This document shows positions 8,280 to 15,233 of a DNA stretch of 25,451 bases, piece by piece. The stretch covers positions 1 to 25,451 of the forward strand of contig JBFWWG010000024.1 of the NCBI GenBank assembly GCA_050246315.1, read 5' to 3'. The notes beneath the pieces were generated by a model. That model saw nothing but the letters and a program-made list of their open reading frames with translations, was not told the origin of the DNA and ran no database searches. Positions within the stretch are counted from its first letter, which is position 1. Each line of letters starts with the position of its first letter. Origin of the DNA: Nitrospiraceae bacterium. GTDB taxonomy: Bacteria; Nitrospirota; Nitrospiria; Nitrospirales; Nitrospiraceae. The translations under genes were made by a program, and so were the position numbers.

Positions 8280-9164
8280 ATGCGAAATTCCATTCCCTGC
8301 ACGGCGAGCCGCCTTGGGCTACTTGAGCCGACGATGATCCAATCCATCGTCGAGCAGAAGGCCTATCAACGGGGTAATCAGTACTTTTCGGAAACGCGCG
8401 TGCGCCTACTTGAGGCCAAAGAGCATGAGATTGCCGCGACCGTGAGCGGAAATTCCGGCGTCTATGAGCAGACGGTTCGCCTGAAGGACGGCCATCTAGT
8501 GGCGTCCTGCTCCTGTTCCTTAAGTGAGCCGCCCATGTGCCGGCATTGCGTGGCGGTGCTGTTGGAATATCACCGATGGGTATCCCTCCGGCTGAAGGGC
8601 GACAGTTCGCCTCGGTCAGGGGCGGAATCGGCGAAGAGGAATGGGAAAGCTCCGTCCGACCCCTCTCCTGCGGTGACCGACCTCAAGCTGAGTGAAGTGT
8701 TGGTGTTTGTCGAGTGGCTCCAGGCTGCGGCAACGGCAATGGAGACAAGGGAACGGCTTCCCGACTCACCGCAACAAGGGAGCGGGTTGGTGACGGGCTG
8801 GATCACCGCCATCAACGAACTGGACCGGCAGCGGAAGGAAGCTGAGGAGGCGCGGCAGGCGCTTCAAGAGGCGACGACGCAGCGCGAGGGACAGCTCCAG
8901 CAGGTCCGGCAGCAACTTAAGACGGTTCAGGAAGAATGCGAAGGCGCCAAAGCCAGAGGCCAGCACCTTGAACGGGACATTGCCGGCTACCAGGTTATGG
9001 TCACCAAGCTAACCGCGCTGTCCCGTGAAATCTGCCAGTTCGATCAGCAGATTAAGACGGTCTCCGGGGATCTCACCAAAAGCGGGAGTCAGTTGGAACA
9101 GTTGTCGCGCGCCTTTCGGGATGTGGCGAGTGCGCTCCAAGATCTGGGCAAGCAACATCTCTGA
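8280..9164 (+). CDS. SWIM zinc-finger protein with a C-terminal coiled coil
   Basis: YQRGNQYF N-terminal motif and CSCSLSEPPMCRHCVAVLL (CxC...CxH). The C-terminal ~115 aa are heptad-rich in Q/E/K/R. Confidence 0.8.
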   Translation: MRNSIPCTASRLGLLEPTMIQSIVEQKAYQRGNQYFSETRVRLLEAKEHEIAATVSGNSGVYEQTVRLKDGHLVASCSCSLSEPPMCRHCVAVLLEYHRWVSLRLKGDSSPRSGAESAKRNGKAPSDPSPAVTDLKLSEVLVFVEWLQAAATAMETRERLPDSPQQGSGLVTGWITAINELDRQRKEAEEARQALQEATTQREGQLQQVRQQLKTVQEECEGAKARGQHLERDIAGYQVMVTKLTALSREICQFDQQIKTVSGDLTKSGSQLEQLSRAFRDVASALQDLGKQHL

Positions 9165-9183
9165 CCTCCTGCCCGACAGCCCC

Positions 9184-9213
9184 TTGAAATAAGCCTGACC
9201 TGTTCTGTAGAAT
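9184..9213 (+). promoter_or_regulatory. Putative sigma70 promoter of the small membrane protein gene
   Basis: TTGAAA (9184-9189), 18-nt spacer, TAGAAT (9208-9213). Confidence 0.55.
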
Positions 9214-9260
9214 CACCACCTCTGGTCAATCCAGATCATCAAACAGAGGAGGGAAGGGGT

Positions 9261-9437
9261 ATGTTCCGTAGGATGTTCGGCCTCACCGGCCTCATGCTCG
9301 TTAATGCGTCAATGGCGGTTGCCAATGCCCCGACGGATGGTCCACCGGACTATAGCGGCATCACCGGTATGTACTATGTGCTGATCGGTATGGTCCTGGC
9401 GTACGGGGTGTACGACACATTCTTCAAGAAGTCCTAA
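9261..9437 (+). CDS. Small (58 aa) membrane protein: signal peptide plus a single TM helix
   Basis: MFRRMFGLTGLMLVNASMAVANAPTDGPPDYSGITGMYYVLIGMVLAYGVYDTFFKKS*. A purine-rich SD region (GAGGAGGGAAGGGG) lies directly upstream and codons are GC3-rich. Below the ORF-track cutoff. Confidence 0.8.
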   Translation: MFRRMFGLTGLMLVNASMAVANAPTDGPPDYSGITGMYYVLIGMVLAYGVYDTFFKKS

Positions 9438-9546
9438 GTCGTTCTTGAGGTCATCCTGCTTATCAATATCGCGTTGCCGACGCGGGTGGTCCTCGTGACA
9501 TACGAATGTCGCATGTGCGGGTATGTGTGTTTCGTGTCCCCAGTGC

Positions 9547-10272
9547 CTATGGCGGCCCAGGTCGAGGGGGCGGTTTGGATAGGAGCGGTTCGATTCTTGT
9601 GAGGACCGTCTCGACAATCCGCTTGTAGCCTTCGCCTGTGGGATGGATGCCGTCCGATTGGTTCAGCGCCGGATTTGCGGCGACCCCGTCGAGGAAAAAC
9701 GGAATCAAGACAAGGCCGTAGCGGCGGGCGAGGTCGGCATAGAGAGCCTCGAATCCTCTCGTATAGTTCTGCCCGTAGTTAGGCGGAAGCTTCATGCCCG
9801 CAAGTACGACGGTCACGCGGGCCTCCTGCAGCAGGCGGATGATGGCATCGAGATTGGCTTTGGTCTGTTCGAGGCTCAATCCGCGCAATCCGTCGTTGGC
9901 TCCCAGTTCTAAAATCACAAGCGCCGGCAGACTCTTCAAAATCCACGGGACTCGCCTGAGTCCTCCCGCCGTGGTGTCTCCGCTGACTCCGGCATTGATG
10001 ACTCGATACTGATATCCCATCGACTCCAACCGTTGTTCCAGCAATGCAGGATACGTCTGTTCGCGAGGGACGCCAAGTCCAGCGGTGAGGCTGTTGCCGA
10101 ACGCGACGATGCGTGGCCGGTCTCCATTGCGCGGGACCGTATCGGCCGCGACTCCGCGTGTGGCCGACAGGACTGCCGGGTCCGTCGCCGGTCCCAGTCG
10201 GCTGGAGGGGACAATATGGGGGACAATGACCAGCAACAGCCCCGTGATGCTGAAAAAGACGCGGTGTCTCAT
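9547..10272 (-). CDS. tesA: Arylesterase / acyl-CoA thioesterase I (SGNH hydrolase, TesA-like)
   Basis: IVAFGNSLTAG, NAGVSGDTTAGG, ELGANDGLRG, DGIHP. Start taken at ATG 10272 (MRHRVFF..., hydrophobic N-terminus, GAGGA upstream) rather than the track start, which overlaps ybbA. Divergent from ybbA as in E. coli. Confidence 0.88.
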   Translation of the reverse strand: MRHRVFFSITGLLLVIVPHIVPSSRLGPATDPAVLSATRGVAADTVPRNGDRPRIVAFGNSLTAGLGVPREQTYPALLEQRLESMGYQYRVINAGVSGDTTAGGLRRVPWILKSLPALVILELGANDGLRGLSLEQTKANLDAIIRLLQEARVTVVLAGMKLPPNYGQNYTRGFEALYADLARRYGLVLIPFFLDGVAANPALNQSDGIHPTGEGYKRIVETVLTRIEPLLSKPPPRPGPP

Positions 10273-10330
10273 CCTGTCCTCAGTATAATATGACGGATGC
10301 ACCATCCGGTAACGTTGGAGCCTCGACACC

Positions 10331-11035
10331 ATGATTCGAATCCACGAGTTGGTTATGCAGCTTTCAGGCGGTGGCCATACGGTGACCGTGCTCGACGGCA
10401 TCTCGCTGGAGATCCCCGACAAGCAGACAGTCGCTATCGTCGGCCCTTCGGGAAGCGGAAAATCGACATTGCTGGGACTCATCGCCGGGCTGGACCGTCC
10501 GACGGCCGGCTCGATTCAAATCGACGGCCTTGAAATCACCGAGATGCCGGAATCCGATCTGGCTCGGTTCCGCCGCGAGAAGATCGGCTATGTGTTCCAA
10601 TCATTTCACCTGATCCCTACCTTGACGGCGGTCGAAAACGTTGCGGTCCCTTTGGAATTGAGCGGCGTCGTAGACGCCTCCGAACGGGCCGATGCGCTCC
10701 TGGATGCTGTCGGCCTCGGCGATCGCCGAAACCATTATCCGGTTCAGCTTTCGGGCGGGGAGCAGCAGCGGGTGGCGGTGGCACGAGCCTTCGCCTGCCG
10801 GCCGCCGATCCTGTTGGCCGACGAGCCAACTGGGAATCTGGACTCGGCGAACGGGCGGCATGTGATGGAACTGTTGCTCGCGCTGCACCGCGATGCGGGA
10901 ACCACCCTGATCCTTGTGACGCATGAACCTCGGCTGGCAAGCCGCATGGAACGCATTGTTTCGCTTCAGGATGGACGGATTGCCTCCGATGAATGTGGCC
11001 GTGACGGCTTCGCAAGCCAGGGGGAGCCCCGATGA
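10331..11035 (+). CDS. ybbA: ABC transporter ATP-binding protein (YbbA/LolD-like)
   Basis: GPSGSGKST, FQSFHLIP, LSGGEQQRVAVARA, LLADEPTGNLD, LVTHE. Sits in a tesA-ybbA-ybbP context. Confidence 0.88.
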   Translation: MIRIHELVMQLSGGGHTVTVLDGISLEIPDKQTVAIVGPSGSGKSTLLGLIAGLDRPTAGSIQIDGLEITEMPESDLARFRREKIGYVFQSFHLIPTLTAVENVAVPLELSGVVDASERADALLDAVGLGDRRNHYPVQLSGGEQQRVAVARAFACRPPILLADEPTGNLDSANGRHVMELLLALHRDAGTTLILVTHEPRLASRMERIVSLQDGRIASDECGRDGFASQGEPR

Positions 11036-13698
11036 TCAGTCTGTCGGCCCGTATGGCCTGGCGCGAGACCCGTGCCGGCTGGCGACACTTTCTGTTTTTC
11101 TTGGTCTGCATCGCCGTCGGCGTGGGGGCGTTGGTCACGGTGAGCGTGTTCGCCGCAAACGTGGAGCGGACCATCACGCAAGAAGCGAGAAGTCTCATGG
11201 GCGGCGACATCGAAGTCCGCCTCTCTCGTCCGATCAGCGACGAGGGGCGCGCAGTATTGGCCTCCTTGGCCGAGCGCGGCATTGCTCTTACCCATGCCAG
11301 CGAACTGATTGCCATGGCCGCTGTTCAGGCGACACCCGGGGGGGCGCAGGTGGACCAAAGATCGCAAGTAGTGGAACTCAAGGCGGTTGAGCCGACCTAT
11401 CCTATCTATGGGCAGGTTCGGCTCGAACCGAATCGGCCGCTTCATGAGCTACTGGTGACCGCCTCATGCGGCAGCATCCCCTGCCATGGCGCGGTGGTGC
11501 AGGAGTCGTTACTCATTCGCCTGGGTCTTCGGCCGGGCCAGCACGTCAAGATCGGAGAGGAACTGTTCGCGATCACTGGTCTACTGAGGAAGGAGCCGGA
11601 TCGCATGGCCAACGCCTTCAGTCTGGGACCGCGAATAATGATTTCCCAGGAAGGGCTGGCGGCGACAGGCCTCATCAAGCCAGGCAGTCGCGTGCGGGAG
11701 CGCTATCTCCTGCGCATCCCGCCGGGATCGGCGGTGATGCCGCTGGTGCACGAGTTGCGGGGGCGACTGGAGAGAGAGCAACCTCGCGTGTCGTCTTCAC
11801 AAGACGCCCAACCTCAACTGAAACGGTTTCTGGACCAAATGGGGCGGTATCTCGGCCTCGTCGGGCTGACGGCCCTCTTCGTCGGAGGGATTGGCGTGGC
11901 GACGACAGTCCACGCCTTCATGAGGGAGAAGATGACGACCATTGCCGTCATGAAGACGCTTGGCGCGACCACAGCCGTGATTATCGGGATCTATCTCCGT
12001 CAAGTGCTCTTGCTGGCGCTGTTGGGGAGCCTGTTTGGCGCCGCCGTCGGGCTGGGCCTGCAACCGATCATGCCGGAATTGGTCAAGACCGCGTTTGCGA
12101 TCGACTTGCTGGAACAGATCGATTTCGGTTCCACGGTGAGCTGGCCCAGCCTGTTGGTTGTGGTGAAGGGTATCGTGTTGGGACTACTGACCGCGATTTT
12201 GTTTACGGTCTGGCCGCTACTGCGGGTGCGCGAGATCCGGCCGGTCGTGATCTTGCGGCGTGATCTGACGGCGATGAAGCAGATACAGGAGGCCGGCCAA
12301 CTGGTCGGGTCGGTCGGAGCCCGTGGGGCATATGCCTCTGATGGAATTTCAATCGCGGCCGCGGCCGTCATCGCCCTCGGACTTGGACTCCTGGCCGTGT
12401 GGCAAGCCGGTTCCTGGACCGTGGGACTGCTCTACGCGATGGGGCTGCTCGCCGCAGTGCTAGTCCTGCTGGGATCGGCTCGGATCCTGATGTCGCTTGT
12501 GCGACGGATGCCTCGTCCACGGTCGCTGCCGGTGAGACAGGCGCTGGGGAATCTTCACCGTCCGGGCAGCCAAACGACCGGCATCATGGTCGCCATCGGG
12601 CTGGCCTTGATGGTAACGAGTACAGTCTCGATCCTAGAACGGGCCCTCGTCCAGCAGGTGGTCACGAATCGGCCCGATGACGCGCCCACATTCTTTTTCA
12701 TCGACATCCAGCCGGATCAACGGGAGGGGGTGTTGAACCTCATTCATCGGCAGACCGGGGCACTCGACATCGAGGCCATGCCGCTGGTGCGGTCCCGTTT
12801 GGCCAGCGTCAACGGACAGGCAGTCAAGGCAGTGGAGGACCCCAGCGCCTCCCCGGCCGATCGTGAGGAGCGGCGGAAAGTCTGGTACCTCACGAGAGAA
12901 TACGTGCTGACCTTTTCCGAGACCCTTCCCAAGGGGAACGAACTGACGAAGGGGACCTGGTGGCCACCTGGGGTTGCTCCCGACCGGCCGCTGATCTCGA
13001 TCGAGGAAGAGGCCGCCAAACATCTGGAACTCGACGTCGGGTCTACGGTGGAGTTGGACATTCAGGGCTCCGTGGTGGAAGCGCAAGTCAGCAGTATTCG
13101 CAGGGTGGAATGGGGGAATTTCACGACCAACTTCTATATGATTTTGTCCCCGGGCAGTCTGGAGGGCGCTCCATTTACGTATGTTGCCACGGCCAGGGTC
13201 GAGCCGGACCGGGAGGTTGCGCTTCAGCAATCGATGGTCCGAGCGTTTCCCAATGTCACGGCCATCAACATCGGCGATGTGCTCGACAGCTTCACGGTGA
13301 TGTTGGACCGGCTTGCCCTGGCGATTCGTGCGGTCGCGCTGTTCTCCATCCTGTCCGGGGCCGTCGTGATGGGGGCAGCCCTTTCCGCTACCAGGTACCG
13401 GCGTCTATATGAATCGGTCGTCTTCAAAGCCTTGGGTGCGACGCGGGGGCTCCTGCTGCGGGCCTTCGCGTCAGAGTATGCACTCCTGGGGCTCGCAGCG
13501 GGGTTGATCGGGCTCGCGCTTGCGAACGCCTTGGCTTGGGGAGTGCTGCGGTTCCTCTTTGAGTTGGAATGGTCGTTTCATCCTGCGGTGGCGGCGGTCA
13601 GTCTGGCGTCGACGGTCGGGTTGACCCTGGCCGTCGGATTTGTCGGCACGTTTCGGTTATTGGGGCAGCGTCCCCTTCCGGTCTTGCGACGGGAATGA
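11032..13698 (+). CDS. ybbP: ABC transporter permease (YbbP; duplicated FtsX/MacB-like)
   Basis: 888 aa with AWRETRAG, GGDIEV, ELKAVEPTYPIYG, PTFFFIDIQPDQ, RRVEWGNF, FPNVTAINI, KALGATR. ATGA overlap with ybbA. Confidence 0.88.
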   Translation: MISLSARMAWRETRAGWRHFLFFLVCIAVGVGALVTVSVFAANVERTITQEARSLMGGDIEVRLSRPISDEGRAVLASLAERGIALTHASELIAMAAVQATPGGAQVDQRSQVVELKAVEPTYPIYGQVRLEPNRPLHELLVTASCGSIPCHGAVVQESLLIRLGLRPGQHVKIGEELFAITGLLRKEPDRMANAFSLGPRIMISQEGLAATGLIKPGSRVRERYLLRIPPGSAVMPLVHELRGRLEREQPRVSSSQDAQPQLKRFLDQMGRYLGLVGLTALFVGGIGVATTVHAFMREKMTTIAVMKTLGATTAVIIGIYLRQVLLLALLGSLFGAAVGLGLQPIMPELVKTAFAIDLLEQIDFGSTVSWPSLLVVVKGIVLGLLTAILFTVWPLLRVREIRPVVILRRDLTAMKQIQEAGQLVGSVGARGAYASDGISIAAAAVIALGLGLLAVWQAGSWTVGLLYAMGLLAAVLVLLGSARILMSLVRRMPRPRSLPVRQALGNLHRPGSQTTGIMVAIGLALMVTSTVSILERALVQQVVTNRPDDAPTFFFIDIQPDQREGVLNLIHRQTGALDIEAMPLVRSRLASVNGQAVKAVEDPSASPADREERRKVWYLTREYVLTFSETLPKGNELTKGTWWPPGVAPDRPLISIEEEAAKHLELDVGSTVELDIQGSVVEAQVSSIRRVEWGNFTTNFYMILSPGSLEGAPFTYVATARVEPDREVALQQSMVRAFPNVTAINIGDVLDSFTVMLDRLALAIRAVALFSILSGAVVMGAALSATRYRRLYESVVFKALGATRGLLLRAFASEYALLGLAAGLIGLALANALAWGVLRFLFELEWSFHPAVAAVSLASTVGLTLAVGFVGTFRLLGQRPLPVLRRE

Positions 13699-13732
13699 AC
13701 TGGTACTCGATTCGATTGGAGGGCGAGGGGCA

Positions 13733-14013
13733 TAGCCCACATTATTCATGACCGCTTCTGCTGTAACCAGCGATACGCCGTTGCGACAGGCTATGACAGC
13801 CGAAGGTGTTTCTCCGGCGGCGACAATGAAGAGAGGCTTCGCCCGACGAGCCGCCGGTACACACGAAGTGTGGTATAGCGGGCGGGCTCGCCGCTCGCTC
13901 GGTCGGTCGACATACTGTTTCAAGTATGCCTCCCTCCTTCGCGGCTCCACGCGCCCGTCTCGCGACGCGACCCCACAATTTCGCGACAAACCGTCATGAA
14001 TAATGTGGGTTAG
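13733..14013. mobile_element. MITE-like element 1 (~275 bp) with 17-bp perfect terminal inverted repeats
   Basis: CCCACATTATTCATGAC (13736-13752) and GTCATGAATAATGTGGG (13993-14009), flanked by TA(G) at 13733 and 14011. No transposase; many internal hairpins. Confidence 0.8.
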
Positions 14014-14504
14014 AGCGGGGCGTCGTAGAGGTGTAGATCGACGAGGTGCCGGATACGGCGCTCCTCACTGCGGAGCAGATTGACGAATCGAAGTCCCAGG
14101 CCCGCTCGAGGGTGCGAGCGGACGATGGCGCAGTCGATGGTGATGGGAAAGGTCCACTGCGAGGGTTGAAATTCCAAGGAAACCGGCGTGCCGATCGGAA
14201 GCAGGCGATCGGTCCTGATGCGACAGCCTCGGATCGAGAGATTCGTGACTGTGCCCTGCTCGGTCTGGTAAGGCTCAGGGGTACGTTCCGAGCGATACCA
14301 GGCCGGACACCTCACACGGACCCGTTCATAGTTCCGACGTTGGCTTGTGCAGTAACGCCCAAGCCATGCGCGGAAGCGGTATCCGCATAATTGGCACCGG
14401 ATCGGGTACAGGGCCAGCGTCTCCAAGAGACAATCCACCTTGCTTTGAAACGGTGCGAACCTCAGCTTTGTCGTGCGACATCGCGGGCATCGGCGCTGCA
14501 GCAT
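14010..14504 (-). CDS. PilZ-domain (c-di-GMP receptor) protein with an N-terminal zinc ribbon
   Basis: CPRC...CQLC, then QRRNYER (RxxxR), NLSIRGC (D/NxSxxG) and GLRF. SD GAGGA upstream. Confidence 0.88.
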   Translation of the reverse strand: MLQRRCPRCRTTKLRFAPFQSKVDCLLETLALYPIRCQLCGYRFRAWLGRYCTSQRRNYERVRVRCPAWYRSERTPEPYQTEQGTVTNLSIRGCRIRTDRLLPIGTPVSLEFQPSQWTFPITIDCAIVRSHPRAGLGLRFVNLLRSEERRIRHLVDLHLYDAPL

Positions 14505-14641
14505 GAATGGCGTCCTCTTCCCAGAAGGGGAAGGAATAAGATCTGGTGACTGTCGGTTCCTCCAAGGTACGGCGGCTGGTCGCTACTGGCCAATCCCCCG
14601 GATGGGAGGGGTGCTGTGGGGTGTCGGCTTAGGTGGGAAGC

Positions 14642-15181
14642 CTAGCAGGATGGTGAAAAGGTCCGCCAGCTTTGTTGGGGCACCCATTGCCGTCTTTTTT
14701 GAAGGAAGGGGTCTCACATGGAGAGGCTCAATCCTGAAGGGGTTGCTCCAGCGGTCCATGATAATCTCAGATGAAGGGGAACGCGCGTAGGGTGCTTCTC
14801 TGCCGGTGCAGTGACGAAAAGACGATAAAGGGCCGGCAGTTCAAGCGAAGATGGGTATGGAGGGGCTTCGCCCGGTGAGCGGCTGGTTCACACGAAGTGC
14901 GGATAAGACACAAAACCCACTGGAGGATTTCTCCAGCGGCGTCAATACGGAGGGGCTTCGCCCGATGAGCCGCTGGTTCACACGAAGTGCGGTATGTACC
15001 GCGGTGCCTCTTCGGTGGCTGCGGCCTCGCCCGAGGAAAGGTGCGTTTCGACGCACCGGGGTTGGTCGAGCAAAAATGACGGCCCTTCTTGAATATCCTG
15101 CGGACCACTCCTATTTGGTCCGCGATCGGATGAAGCTCGATGTTCTCGGAAGGTCCAAAAGGGTTCGCAACAGTCTGCTAG
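14642..15181. mobile_element. MITE-like element 2 (~540 bp), CTAG-bounded, with a nested inner inverted repeat
   Basis: Ends are CTAGCAGGATGGTGAAAAGG and (reverse complement) CTAGCAGACTGTTGCGAACC. The left end also matches the reverse complement of 15068-15101 (GCAGGATATTCAAGAAGGGCCGTCATTTTTG). Multiple hairpins; shares an internal module with element 1. Confidence 0.65.
14859..14992 (+). repeat. Two 44-bp direct repeats 90 bp apart; third related copy at 13830-13873
   Basis: GGAGGGGCTTCGCCCGRTGAGCSGCTGGTTCACACGAAGTGCGG at 14859-14902 and 14949-14992, with 2 mismatches. Confidence 0.9.
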
Positions 15182-15233
15182 AACGCTAGGAGGACTCTGG
15201 AGCGTGTGGAACCGATCAGACACCGCCACCGGG

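Noticed and set aside
9261..9437. Inovirus prophage coat gene
   Set aside because: The resemblance is only architectural. No Zot-like ATPase, replication initiator or other phage genes are nearby.
14859..14992. CRISPR-like repeat-spacer-repeat (44-bp repeats, 90-bp period)
   Set aside because: Only two copies and no cas genes. The 'spacer' is itself partly conserved in element 1 (13809-13830), so it belongs to a repeat module.
13733..15181. Composite transposon carrying the PilZ gene
   Set aside because: The outer ends of the two elements differ and each element has its own pair of ends, so independent insertions are more parsimonious.
13657..15229. Short ORFs inside the two repeat elements (e.g. 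13748..13999, 14767..15108, 14851..15189)
   Set aside because: Their mutual similarity reflects the DNA repeat. They show no transposase or other motifs, and the substitutions fit base pairing better than coding.
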